From positions 16,036 through 80,035 of the forward strand of contig CAZQSD010000002.1 of NCBI GenBank assembly GCA_964595885.1: a DNA stretch of 64,000 nucleotides. Direction: 5' to 3'. Below are positions 1 through 9,352 of the stretch, piece by piece (within the stretch, counting starts at the first letter, position 1; every line of letters begins with the position of its first letter). The position numbers and the translations under genes are program-made. The notes beneath the pieces were generated by a model. The model saw only the letters and a list, made by a program, of their open reading frames with translations, was not told where the DNA came from and made no database searches. The DNA is from an uncultured Sangeribacter sp. Its GTDB lineage: Bacteria > Bacteroidota > Bacteroidia > Bacteroidales > Muribaculaceae.

Positions 1-1
1 A

Positions 2-1813
2 TCTTATAAGAGGCGTTTCTCTTTCCCTCCTCTCATTACGGTTATCTTCCTTATTGCTGCGATAGTATTCCTTGTGCTTGGATGGTATACATTTGAAAAC
101 GTGGCTCTAAGCTGCATTGCCGTCATCGTTGCTATCCTGGCAATTATTGGGGTGTTTACCCAGTCGTTTATTGAAGCGTTCAACAATTCCTTTGGTAAGC
201 TGTTAAATGTTTACCAGAAAATTGTAAAATGGTTTACAAGCCATAAACTCATTGCTTTCGGTTCGGTTGCAGCTTCTATCGGTGTTCTTGTATGGCTTAT
301 GGCAATCACTCCGACTGCCCTTGTGCCTACTGAAGATACCGGTACGATAATGGGTGCAGTCACGATGCCACCCGCTACCTCGCAGGAACGCACTCAGGCT
401 GTCATGAATCAGGTGGACAGTATAATCGGCTCAATACCTGCAGTGCAGAGCCGCACTGCCATCACAGGTTATAGCTTCGTCGGAGGTCAGGGCAATACAT
501 ATGGCTCTTTCATCATTAAGCTCAAACCTTGGGATCAGCGTGACGAGAACACTGAAAGCGCAAGTGCAATCCTCGGACAGTTGTTTATGAAGACTTCCGT
601 AGTGAAGGATGGCCGAATAATGTTCTTCCAGCCTCCTATGATTACCGGTTACTCTACCACCAACGGGTTTGAGATCAAACTTCAGGACAAAACAGGTGGT
701 AGCCTTGATAAATTCTTTGAAGTATATCAGAAATTTATCGGTGCCCTGAATGCCGATCCGAATATCCAGATGGCTTACTCTAACTTCAACCCTACTTTCC
801 CGCAATATATGGTTGAACTCGATGTGGCAAAGATCAAGCAGGCAGGTCTGACTCAGAATGCGATTCTTTCTGCACTTCAAGGTTACTATGGTGGCATGTA
901 TATCTCCAACTTCAACAGCTTCGGTAAACTCTACCGTGTCATGATGCAGGCTGAACCCGATGCACGTGTTTCTCCGGAAACCCTGAAGCAGATCAAAGTG
1001 CGCAACGGTGTAGATATGGCTCCAATTGACAATTTCGTAAAGCTGACCCGTGTATATGGCCCCGACATGATTGACCGCTTCAACATGTTTACAGCCATTT
1101 CTGTCACAGGTTCTCCTGCTCCGGGGGTATCTTCCGGTGAAGCTATCGCGACTATTGAAAGGATAGCAGCGGCAACTCTTCCTTCAGGATATGGTTTCGA
1201 ATATGCCGGCATGACGCGTGAAGAGGCATCCGGCTCAAGTGGGTCTACAGGCTATGTCTTCATCCTTGTGTTGCTCTTCGTCTACCTTATCCTTTCAGCA
1301 CAATATGAGAGCTACATCCTCCCCTGGGCTGTTATCCTTTCAGTTCCGTTTGGCTTGATGGGCGCATTCATCTTTGCACGAATGATGGATATTGCTAACA
1401 ACATCTACCTTCAGATCGCTCTTATTATGCTTATCGGTCTTCTTTGTAAGAATGCCATCCTAATCGTGGAGTTCGCGCTTGACCGTCGCAAGACCGGCAT
1501 GAGTATTCTGAAATCAGCCATTCATGGTGCTCGCGCACGTCTGCGCCCGATCTTGATGACCTCTTTGGCTATGATTATCGGTCTTCTTCCAATGATGTTT
1601 GCTCATGGTGCCGGCCGTAACGGCAACCAGGCGCTCGGATCAGGCGCCATTGGTGGTATGTTGATTGGTATGATTCTTCAGGTTGTGGTAGTTCCTGCCC
1701 TCTTCGTGGCATTCCAGACGCTTCAGGAGAAACTTTCACCCCCGAAATGGAAAGATACCGACAATTCAGAAATATCTTCTGAGATCGAACAGTATGCTAT
1801 CTCTCATGAATAA
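2..1813 (+). CDS. RND (AcrB/HAE1-family) efflux permease, C-terminal ~600 aa; the 5' end lies upstream of the window
   Basis: The frame is open from base 2, with no stop before the listed GTG at 74. The translation shows AcrB-type periplasmic porter/docking segments followed by the C-terminal TM bundle (LIMLIGLLCKNAILIVEFA, RLRPILMTSLAMIIGLLPMM). An outer-membrane factor gene follows. Confidence 0.9.
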   Translation, partial: SYKRRFSFPPLITVIFLIAAIVFLVLGWYTFENVALSCIAVIVAILAIIGVFTQSFIEAFNNSFGKLLNVYQKIVKWFTSHKLIAFGSVAASIGVLVWLMAITPTALVPTEDTGTIMGAVTMPPATSQERTQAVMNQVDSIIGSIPAVQSRTAITGYSFVGGQGNTYGSFIIKLKPWDQRDENTESASAILGQLFMKTSVVKDGRIMFFQPPMITGYSTTNGFEIKLQDKTGGSLDKFFEVYQKFIGALNADPNIQMAYSNFNPTFPQYMVELDVAKIKQAGLTQNAILSALQGYYGGMYISNFNSFGKLYRVMMQAEPDARVSPETLKQIKVRNGVDMAPIDNFVKLTRVYGPDMIDRFNMFTAISVTGSPAPGVSSGEAIATIERIAAATLPSGYGFEYAGMTREEASGSSGSTGYVFILVLLFVYLILSAQYESYILPWAVILSVPFGLMGAFIFARMMDIANNIYLQIALIMLIGLLCKNAILIVEFALDRRKTGMSILKSAIHGARARLRPILMTSLAMIIGLLPMMFAHGAGRNGNQALGSGAIGGMLIGMILQVVVVPALFVAFQTLQEKLSPPKWKDTDNSEISSEIEQYAISHE

Positions 1814-1828
1814 ACCGTCATTATGATG

Positions 1829-1873
1829 TTTTTCTGTCTCCTGCTGCCGACTTAGGAGCAGGAGACAGAAAAA
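1829..1873 (+). promoter_or_regulatory. 17-bp perfect hairpin in the 81-nt spacer between the RND permease and outer-membrane factor genes
   Basis: TTTTTCTGTCTCCTGCT (1829-1845) pairs perfectly with AGCAGGAGACAGAAAAA (1857-1873), with an 11-nt loop. No U-tract follows the stem. Confidence 0.6.
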
Positions 1874-1894
1874 CACCAGAAAAGAAAGAATCTA

Positions 1895-3274
1895 ATGAAT
1901 AAGATTAAAATATGCGCTGCTGGCGCACTATTGGCGGTCACTTTTTCGAGCTGCCATATATATAAGAAATATGAACTCCCGGTCAGCGACAGTCAGATTG
2001 TGGCTGATTTCGGAAAAGCTGCGGAAGCTCAGGTTGACTCAACTGCCCTCCCCTATCTCGGTTGGGATAAGGTTTTTCAGGATCCTAAACTTCAGACGCT
2101 GATTCGTCTTGCTTTGGCCAATAATAAGGATCTGAAGAACGCAAAACTTAACGTCGACATAGCAGCTGCCCAGTTGCAGGGTGCGAAATTAAGCTATTTC
2201 CCATCTCTTACTTTTACTCCCAATGGGGGCACTGCAAGCTATGGCGGCAGCCATATGGACTGGACTTATACCCTCCCCCTTGCTGCTCAATGGGAAATAG
2301 ATGCATTCGCAAAGATTCTCAACCGCAAGCGTGGAGCCAAGGTGAGTCTCGAAATGAGTCAGGACTATGAAATGGCTGTCCGCTCACAGATTATCTGTGG
2401 GGTAGCTAACGTGTATTTTTCATTGGTAATGCTTAATCAGCAGCTTGACCTTACCAAGCGCACCTCAGAGATCTGGAAAGAACAAGTGGAGACTATGGCT
2501 CTTATGAAAGAGGCTGGACGCACAAATGAAGCTGCCGTAGTTCAGAGCCGGGCTAATTACTATAACATAATGAGCACCATCCCTACTCTTGAGGAATCAA
2601 TAAATCAGTTGCAAAATACCCTCTCCTTGCTTCTCAACTCTTATCCTCAGACATGGGAAGTGACTTCAGACCTCACTTTCTCCATTCCTGAGCAGCTTGT
2701 AAACGGTATTCCGGTGTCTTATCTGGCATGGCGTCCTGATGTAAGGGCTGCGGAAAGATCGCTTGCCGCTGCTTATTATTCCACCAATTCTGCACGGGCC
2801 GCCTTCTATCCGAGCATTGTTATCTCGGCTCAAGGTGGATTTACCAATCTTCTCGGTAGCTTTATCAAGAATCCGGGCGACTGGTTCATTCAGCTTGCCG
2901 GTCAGCTAACGGCCCCCATCTTCTCCCGAGGTCAGAACATTGCTACCCTTAAAGCTGCTAAAGCACAACAGGAACAGGCTCTCAACACATTTGAATATGC
3001 AGTGCTTAACGCCAGTTCTGATGTAAGCGATGCACTTGTAAGCTACACGAAAAACGTTGAGAAAAACAAGTATCTCCAATTGCAGGTCGATGAATTGGAA
3101 AAATCGGTGGAATATACCAACGAACTTTTCATGTATAATCAGAACACCACATATCTTGAGGTTCTGACAGCACGTTCAAGCCTTCTCAGCGCCCAGTTGG
3201 CATGTATTGCCAATTGGCATGACCGGGCATCAGCGCTTGTGTCGCTCTATCAAGCTGTGGGTGGTGGCAGATAA
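1895..3274 (+). CDS. Efflux outer-membrane factor lipoprotein (NodT/TolC family)
   Basis: Lipoprotein signal (AVTFSSC). Two-repeat TolC-like helical sequence ending in LYQAVGGG. Lies immediately downstream of the RND permease. Confidence 0.9.
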   Translation: MNKIKICAAGALLAVTFSSCHIYKKYELPVSDSQIVADFGKAAEAQVDSTALPYLGWDKVFQDPKLQTLIRLALANNKDLKNAKLNVDIAAAQLQGAKLSYFPSLTFTPNGGTASYGGSHMDWTYTLPLAAQWEIDAFAKILNRKRGAKVSLEMSQDYEMAVRSQIICGVANVYFSLVMLNQQLDLTKRTSEIWKEQVETMALMKEAGRTNEAAVVQSRANYYNIMSTIPTLEESINQLQNTLSLLLNSYPQTWEVTSDLTFSIPEQLVNGIPVSYLAWRPDVRAAERSLAAAYYSTNSARAAFYPSIVISAQGGFTNLLGSFIKNPGDWFIQLAGQLTAPIFSRGQNIATLKAAKAQQEQALNTFEYAVLNASSDVSDALVSYTKNVEKNKYLQLQVDELEKSVEYTNELFMYNQNTTYLEVLTARSSLLSAQLACIANWHDRASALVSLYQAVGGGR

Positions 3275-3296
3275 TTAACCCTAACATTATATTTTT

Positions 3297-4094
3297 ATGA
3301 CTTACATCAGTAACCTTGCATTTGTACATCCGGAGGCTAAGTTAGCCGCCGATGTGATGATTGGAGCTTTCTGCTATATCGACCGAAACGTTGAAATTGG
3401 AGAAGGAACCCGTATTCACTCCCATGTCAGTATACTTTCCGGTGCAAGAATCGGTAAAAACAATGCAATTTATGAGGGCTCAATTATTTCTGCCACTCCT
3501 CAGGATTTCCGCTGGAAAGGCGAGGAATCATTCGTAGAAATTGGGGATAACAATGTTATCCGCGAACAAGTCATTATCAACCGTAGCATCCATCAGAATG
3601 GGAAGACCGTGATCGGTGATCACTCTTTCATTATGGCACAAAGCCACATAGGTCATGATTCCGTAATCGGCAATTATTGTGTGCTTGGCAATTCAGTTAA
3701 GATTGCAGGTGATGTAAAGATTGGTAACTTCTCGATACTTTCTTCAGGAGTAATAGTACATGAAAAATGTCACATAAGCGATTGGGTGCTCATCAAGGGA
3801 GGTTGCCGTGTCAATGGAAATGTTCCTCCTTTCGTGATAATGGCTCATAATCCTATCTCCTACTTTGGAGTGAATGCATTCATTCTCCGTAAAGGCAAAA
3901 AGAGCGACGAGATTATTGAAGACATTGCCAAGTGCTACCGTCATGTTTACCAGAGCAGCACATCTATTTTTAATGCTCTACGCCGTATCAAGGAAGACAT
4001 TGATCCTTCTCCCGAACGCGAGCTAATTCTTTCCTTTGTAGAAGGCCACGATATGAAATTGGCTGCTTTACCTAAAGTGGATATCGAAGACTGA
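3297..4094 (+). CDS. lpxA: Acyl-ACP--UDP-N-acetylglucosamine O-acyltransferase (LpxA-type left-handed beta-helix protein)
   Basis: Runs of hexapeptide repeats (IGEGTRIHSHVSI, IGDHSFIMAQSHIGHDSVIGNYCVLGNSVKIAGDVKIGN) plus an LpxA-like alpha-helical C-terminal domain; 265 aa. Confidence 0.8.
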   Translation: MTYISNLAFVHPEAKLAADVMIGAFCYIDRNVEIGEGTRIHSHVSILSGARIGKNNAIYEGSIISATPQDFRWKGEESFVEIGDNNVIREQVIINRSIHQNGKTVIGDHSFIMAQSHIGHDSVIGNYCVLGNSVKIAGDVKIGNFSILSSGVIVHEKCHISDWVLIKGGCRVNGNVPPFVIMAHNPISYFGVNAFILRKGKKSDEIIEDIAKCYRHVYQSSTSIFNALRRIKEDIDPSPERELILSFVEGHDMKLAALPKVDIED

Positions 4095-4120
4095 TCCCAA
4101 TCAGTCAACTAATCTGTTTT

Positions 4121-4156
4121 ATGCCGGCTGCGGATATGCTGCCGGCATAAATTTTT
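4121..4156 (+). terminator. Rho-independent terminator after lpxA
   Basis: ATGCCGGC (4121-4128) pairs with GCCGGCAT (4141-4148); the stem extends with one mismatch. Followed by AAATTTTT. Confidence 0.7.
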
Positions 4157-4208
4157 AATAAAAATATGAAATTTGAAAGTTATAGTTGCGTAATTAAAAA
4201 TTGTGTAT

Positions 4209-4216
4209 TACCTTTG
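4209..4216 (+). promoter_or_regulatory. Bacteroidota -7 promoter box TACCTTTG
   Basis: Exact match to TAnnTTTG. The predicted TSS is near 4222, about 300 nt upstream of the ATG at 4527. Confidence 0.5.
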
Positions 4217-4221
4217 CAACC

Positions 4222-4480
4222 GATAGACGGTCAAGAGAGACTGGTGTAATTTTTGTAGAAAGCGTTATTTGTGCTTATCAAAAAGTTGAAAATCGCCAAA
4301 TTATTCATCGCATAGATAAGTAGTCGAAGACGCTCATGCTTGTAGTATATCCATTCCCCTACGGGGGATTAGATATCCGCAGAGGCGTGGGAGTGGACTG
4401 TTTATTTTGCGATAGGGCGTTTGGCGATGCCTCAACTTTGGATAGACAGGATCAATCGCCCGCGTCTTTCTTTTTTCTTA
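4222..4480 (+). ncRNA. Candidate structured 5' leader or small RNA upstream of the T9SS cargo gene; class not recognised
   Basis: Lies downstream of the -7 box. Interrupted 12-bp hairpin at 4347-4376 (ATATC.ATTCCCC-TAC-GGGGGAT..GATAT). Long-range pairing AAGACGC (4327-4333) with GCGTCTT (4462-4468). Alternative pairings GGCGAT (4423-4428)/ATCGCC (4455-4460) versus GGGCG (4415-4419)/CGCCC (4458-4462). A TTTCTTTTTTCTT run at 4467-4479. Confidence 0.3.
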
Positions 4481-4526
4481 AATTTAATACGGCTTATTTG
4501 GGGTGATTCAAGCCAACAGACCTTTT

Positions 4527-6752
4527 ATGAAAACAAAATTCATGATGGCTCTTGCCATGGGGTTGATGCTATTCAGTGCAATGCAGGGCGTTGCCCGCAA
4601 CCTGCCCCCGAAAGAAGTGATGGAAAAAGTGCAAGCTATCCAAGCCCACTTGAGTGAAAAAAATCCTGAGGTAAAGGTGATCCAATCCTATTCACCTTCT
4701 CTTTCCATCTCCCACTCTGCTCCTAAAAATGATGAAGAATTTGTAACGATCAAATGCAAATTCATGTGGGACGATGAAGAAATGCCATATATAAGACCAA
4801 TATATGCCTCAGTCCAATCCACAGATTGGGAATATTATACTACCGCCTCATGCTTAGGAAACACTGAAGTTGATGTGAACGCACCCAAAGGAAAGGAGTG
4901 CTTCGTTTACGGTTTATTCAATGATATATATGCACCAACTATTATCGTTAAGACTGTTATTGCAAATGAGAATACGGAGGTAGTGATAAATGCTGCTGAT
5001 GCCGACCAGGAGATCTCTTTCCAACCGATAACACCTAATGGAGAAATTCTTTCAGTTGATGTTATTGGATATGATGAAGATTATAATGAAATTGTAATAG
5101 AACCGGGAACTGTCAGCAAAGCATTTTATCAACTTTCCATATTTGCTAAAAATAGTCCTGCGCTGGCAATCATGTCTGGTAATTATTTCCGTATGCTCAT
5201 TGGAGATGGTGAGATATTTGATCTAATGGATTACCTCACAATTAAGACTAATAATAACGACTGTATTTATGTCTATAACATAGTCAGTGCTATGAATGAA
5301 AAAGATGGGGCTATGGTAATTAAACTTGGAGCAAAAGGGAATCTTACTCAAACTGTATCAAATTCTGTAGATGATTATCTGGCAATTGAAAGCAGGTATG
5401 GTAAATCGCTTTGGGAAGCCCCTACAACAAACGACTACATGATTGGTGTTGATCCCAGTAAGAACTGTGGAATAGGAACTTCTTATAACTGGCTATTATC
5501 CGACGCACAAGGTGTAGGTTATGCCGCAGTGTGTGGAACTGATGTATATCCTACTGATTTGCTACATCTTAACATACCCTCTCCAAGAGCCAATGATTAT
5601 CTGGAAGTAGTAGGCAATCCAGTGAAAATATTCTATACTGAAATTAACGAAAGATTTCAACAAAGTAGCTATGGTATAGGGGCTCCATCTATCATGATGA
5701 TCAATTCTAATCCAATGATGCTTGCAACAAATAATTTCGTCCTTGAGACACGTAATGCGTGGGTTGCCAATTTGCTCCGAAATAAACCTGATTTCAGGGA
5801 GTATGCATACAATCCTTGGTTTTCTTATCCCTTATCGAACAACCAAAATGAAATTTATGGTGGCAATGTACCCATCACTCGTTTCTCCTACGGAGCAAAT
5901 AACCAAATTTCCTACTCATTTGTTGGAAGATATTCTGAATCTCGGTCTATTGACTTTATGAACCACAAAGTTTGTTTCTATTATAACAACGATTTAATAG
6001 CAGAGACATGGAAAGAGCTTCAGGCTTTGCCTCAAACATGGTGGGATAATCCCATTGAACCGGGGAACTTCAAATTGGAAATCGAGAATGCAAATATGAT
6101 GGTGGAAGGTATTCAGGGACGCAATACCTTCGTTACGGAATATGACAACAATGTTGAGAACTTTTCTTTTCCTGTTATGGAGATTCTGCAATTCCGAAAT
6201 ACCAACAATGAAGTAACTGACCGTTTTGAAAATGCCGCTGACGGTGTCCTCTCTTTTGCTGCTGGCTCATTTATATATACTCCCAACGATTATTATCCTT
6301 ACTATGAATATGAACCTCTTAATGATATCAAAGTTGACTATGCTCCTAACGGCACAGATTTTTATCAAGAATTGGAAATTGAAGAAGACCCGGAAAAATT
6401 TTATATGCCAGGCTACGGTGCTTATTACTACGCATCACTTAATCAAGTCGACAATATGAGTGAAAATGGATGGTATGATATGCGTATTACTCTCACAGGC
6501 TCTAATGGTGCTTACCAACAACAGACTGTATCTCCTGCCTTCAAGATTAATAAAAATACAGGAATACCATTAATCAGTAATATCGGATCTACATTAAGTG
6601 AGGTAAGAATTAACGGACGTAATATTATTGCTCCGGAAGATGCAGTTATTGTAAATGCTTCCGGACTGACAACATCACGCCAAAATGTTATACCTGGAGT
6701 CTATATTGTCCATCTCTCCAACGGATATACTCAAAAAGTAATCGTAAAATAA
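4527..6752 (+). CDS. Secreted protein of unknown function with a T9SS (Por) C-terminal sorting domain
   Basis: An ATG at 4527 gives a signal peptide (MKTKFMMALAMGLMLFSAMQGVA). The last ~70 aa (…VRINGRNIIAPEDAVIVNASGLTTSRQNVIPGVYIVHLSNGYTQKVIVK) match the T9SS CTD pattern. I recognise no catalytic motif. Confidence 0.8.
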   Translation: MKTKFMMALAMGLMLFSAMQGVARNLPPKEVMEKVQAIQAHLSEKNPEVKVIQSYSPSLSISHSAPKNDEEFVTIKCKFMWDDEEMPYIRPIYASVQSTDWEYYTTASCLGNTEVDVNAPKGKECFVYGLFNDIYAPTIIVKTVIANENTEVVINAADADQEISFQPITPNGEILSVDVIGYDEDYNEIVIEPGTVSKAFYQLSIFAKNSPALAIMSGNYFRMLIGDGEIFDLMDYLTIKTNNNDCIYVYNIVSAMNEKDGAMVIKLGAKGNLTQTVSNSVDDYLAIESRYGKSLWEAPTTNDYMIGVDPSKNCGIGTSYNWLLSDAQGVGYAAVCGTDVYPTDLLHLNIPSPRANDYLEVVGNPVKIFYTEINERFQQSSYGIGAPSIMMINSNPMMLATNNFVLETRNAWVANLLRNKPDFREYAYNPWFSYPLSNNQNEIYGGNVPITRFSYGANNQISYSFVGRYSESRSIDFMNHKVCFYYNNDLIAETWKELQALPQTWWDNPIEPGNFKLEIENANMMVEGIQGRNTFVTEYDNNVENFSFPVMEILQFRNTNNEVTDRFENAADGVLSFAAGSFIYTPNDYYPYYEYEPLNDIKVDYAPNGTDFYQELEIEEDPEKFYMPGYGAYYYASLNQVDNMSENGWYDMRITLTGSNGAYQQQTVSPAFKINKNTGIPLISNIGSTLSEVRINGRNIIAPEDAVIVNASGLTTSRQNVIPGVYIVHLSNGYTQKVIVK

Positions 6753-6812
6753 ACACATATCTTTGAATAATAGATATAATACTGAAAACAATTCAGAGAT
6801 TTCTTTATCTAA

Positions 6813-6845
6813 GAGCAGGGGAAGACACGCATCTAACCCCTGCTC
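6813..6845. terminator. Hairpin between the convergent T9SS-cargo and barrel genes
   Basis: GAGCAGGGG (6813-6821) pairs with CCCCTGCTC (6837-6845), with a 15-nt loop. Confidence 0.6.
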
Positions 6846-6863
6846 GATAACTTTTATAATTAA

Positions 6864-8951
6864 TTATTTTAGGATTGCTGATGAAACCCCTGCCTGCTCC
6901 CCGACTTCATTGCTCCGGCTTACTTTCTTGCCATATCCAAAAGTATAGGTAGCAGACAAATTAAGGTTAAAATGAGCAGTTGTTCCATAAGAAATAATAT
7001 GCTCTTTATAGAGAGGGGTTGACAAGGCTTTGGATGATGATGTCCACGTAGTCCTGAAAGGATTAGAGATCCCGATTCTAACATTAAAATTCGATTTGCT
7101 CCAACCGCCATTTAAGTGCAACTGGCTTCGGTCTTTGTAAACTGTTCCAGAATTACTCCATAGGGTTCTATTTTTCATTTCATAGAACCCTGAGAAGTAG
7201 AAATTACAAATATAATATATTGCCGAACAAGAGAATGTAAATGGTTTGTAATTCATATGGTAATACCCGGTGCTTTTATAAAAGAATTGTGATGGCATAA
7301 CTTGTAGTTGTAAATTGCTATTCATAAAATTAGCGGTTACTCCTACCCCAAATTGGGTTCTATAATGGCTCCCGTTGTTCTGATATTGGCGCAAAACGGC
7401 TCTTCCGTCTAAATATGAAGTGTAAATTGGCACATAGCGGTCAAATATTCCAAAGAACTGTGAGAATGGAGAAACTTGGAGCCAATCATTCACTATCCAA
7501 TTATATCCAAAATTCACCATAATATTCGGAGAATATCTTAGATTAGGATTTCCACAATAATACATAAACTCATTCTCCTGAAGGATATTCGGACTTTTAA
7601 GATTGGGGTTCATCGGTTCTTTGGAATATGACACTGCAAGATTCAATGAATGTTTCTGATTCGGCGACCATCCAAGATTTGCGCTTGCAAATGGATAAAC
7701 CTCTGTTTCAAATTCTGCGTTAGTGGAAGTCCGTTCGCCACGTATGCCTAATAATAAGTCTGCAGATATTCTATCAGTATAATATCCATATTGAAAAGAT
7801 GCCCCTCCATACGATTCCTTTATTCTATCGGATGAAACCGTTGTGCCATAGTAATCCACCTTATAGTGGGAATATCCACCGAATCCTCTTAAAAATAAAT
7901 AATGTACATCGGCGAATATCCTACGTCCCATAACAATGACTGAAGCTGTGTAATTATCTTCAATGGCAATGTTGTTGATAATGCTTTCAACAGATGAGTA
8001 GTGGTAATGTTGATTGTTATGTCCGTAGGTCACCTTAGGAGAGATCGTAAGATAATAGTGATTAGGAAATTTGAAATTAAAATTGCCGTTATATGACAGG
8101 GTCCTTATCTGGGAGCTGCCTTCTGAGGAATAATATTTAGAGGCAAAGATAGCCGGAGTAAAATTTAACACTCCCTCAGTGATATTATGTGGTATGTTCT
8201 GATATGTGAATGCCACGGTGTTCTTCATTTGAAAACCTTCTTGTGAATAGGCAGCTCTGAATGAGATCGGTAGTATGTTTTGTGCGTATTGTGAAGTTTT
8301 AGGTGTTTGTAAGCGATTAATCTCAAAATGTGCTGACTCAACATTATTCAGCAGATATTGACTTTCGTTTTTATTGGCAATATGGTGATTATTGAAATTA
8401 CGACTACCGATGAATGCGTCATATGTCATTCTCTTATATGTAAATTTAGAATATACTGATGTCGTATTGGACAACCCGACAAAGAATTTCTCTCCAAGTG
8501 AAAACTTGGTATATCCACCGTAAACATATGGCTGAACAATAATATTGATCACATTATGCTCACCCATAAATCTTTGATCAGAAGGTGAATATAAATATTC
8601 GACCTTTCTTACGTCTAAAGTCCTTAGACCTTCCAATTCTTCATCGGAAGCTTTTGTAAAATTGATATATATGGAAACTCCCTCTCCGGTATTGGTGGTT
8701 ATTTTATCGTCGGCAAGATTAATCCTAATTTGAGGTATGGACATGCGACGCAGCAAATCAACACCATTTTGAGCGGAGTTCTTTTGCTTTTCGGAAGGAA
8801 TGAAATAAACACCACCCGCATCCGTACGGTTCAAATTTGCCTTAATAACAACTTCATCAAGTTGGGTTGCGGAAATGGAATCTTTTTCTTGGGCATACAA
8901 CCCCCCTGTACTTATCCATATAAGGATAGTACCTATAAATTTGCTTCTCAT
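6864..8951 (-). CDS. Outer-membrane beta-barrel protein, TonB-dependent-receptor-like (plug-like N-terminus, no STN domain)
   Basis: Signal peptide ending in LYAQ. Plug-like segment (GVDLLRRMSIPQIRIN…VSIYINF…VRKVEYL). Long Y/F/N/G-rich alternating beta-strand sequence with a terminal aromatic-rich strand. Confidence 0.75.
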   Translation of the reverse strand: MRSKFIGTILIWISTGGLYAQEKDSISATQLDEVVIKANLNRTDAGGVYFIPSEKQKNSAQNGVDLLRRMSIPQIRINLADDKITTNTGEGVSIYINFTKASDEELEGLRTLDVRKVEYLYSPSDQRFMGEHNVINIIVQPYVYGGYTKFSLGEKFFVGLSNTTSVYSKFTYKRMTYDAFIGSRNFNNHHIANKNESQYLLNNVESAHFEINRLQTPKTSQYAQNILPISFRAAYSQEGFQMKNTVAFTYQNIPHNITEGVLNFTPAIFASKYYSSEGSSQIRTLSYNGNFNFKFPNHYYLTISPKVTYGHNNQHYHYSSVESIINNIAIEDNYTASVIVMGRRIFADVHYLFLRGFGGYSHYKVDYYGTTVSSDRIKESYGGASFQYGYYTDRISADLLLGIRGERTSTNAEFETEVYPFASANLGWSPNQKHSLNLAVSYSKEPMNPNLKSPNILQENEFMYYCGNPNLRYSPNIMVNFGYNWIVNDWLQVSPFSQFFGIFDRYVPIYTSYLDGRAVLRQYQNNGSHYRTQFGVGVTANFMNSNLQLQVMPSQFFYKSTGYYHMNYKPFTFSCSAIYYICNFYFSGFYEMKNRTLWSNSGTVYKDRSQLHLNGGWSKSNFNVRIGISNPFRTTWTSSSKALSTPLYKEHIISYGTTAHFNLNLSATYTFGYGKKVSRSNEVGEQAGVSSAILK

Positions 8952-8963
8952 ATTATATATTAA

Positions 8964-9347
8964 TTATTTGAATGCCTTTAATTCAGATTGCACAAATAGA
9001 TGGACATATCCCGAATCAGTCCACCACATCCCGATATTTATTATACATCCATTATTAGGAATGTTAAGAATAATGTATTCTTTACCATTTTTATAACCTT
9101 CCGTAATATTTGAAGCTCTCGCTTTATCTTTCTCAATAAGATCTTTTATATCAGAAAGTAAACGCGGATCGCTCGTAGCTGTTACACTTCTGAAGTAATT
9201 GTCATCGCTCCTATTGCTGACAACTTTATGCCCTTCGGTGCGAATGTCCTTGCGACTGAATACTGTTTCGCAAGCCAACTGGGGAGGAACGGCATAACAT
9301 AATGAAATAAAACCTACCAGAAGTATGCTTAATATTAATCTTTTCAT
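8964..9347 (-). CDS. Small secreted/periplasmic hypothetical protein
   Basis: 127 aa with an N-terminal signal peptide (MKRLILSILLVGFISLCYA). It sits between the putative anti-sigma gene and the barrel gene with gaps of 5 and 12 nt. Confidence 0.6.
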   Translation of the reverse strand: MKRLILSILLVGFISLCYAVPPQLACETVFSRKDIRTEGHKVVSNRSDDNYFRSVTATSDPRLLSDIKDLIEKDKARASNITEGYKNGKEYIILNIPNNGCIINIGMWWTDSGYVHLFVQSELKAFK

Positions 9348-9352
9348 GGTGA

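Noticed and set aside
4415-4470. The GGCGATG…ATCGCC segment superficially resembles the 5' part of the fluoride (crcB) riboswitch.
   Set aside because: The downstream conserved elements of that riboswitch (the pseudoknot and the …GGCUGAUGAUxCCUAC-type segment) are absent. The downstream gene is not a fluoride, CLC or crcB-type gene.
4336-4657. Small ORFs in the 4.2-4.5 kb leader: a 57-codon ATG ORF at 4336-4509 (MLVVYPFPYGGLDIRRGVGVDCLFCDR…) and the listed 78-aa ORF at 4421-4657.
   Set aside because: Neither has a signal peptide, TM helix or recognisable motif. The second overlaps the well-supported T9SS gene out of frame. The region is better explained by RNA secondary structure. A short regulatory leader peptide cannot be excluded.
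6763-7111. Short ORFs 6763-6948 (+) and 6920-7111 (-) around the end of the barrel gene.
   Set aside because: The first spans the intergenic terminator hairpin and runs into the convergent gene. The second is an out-of-frame overlap within the barrel gene. Neither has features of its own.
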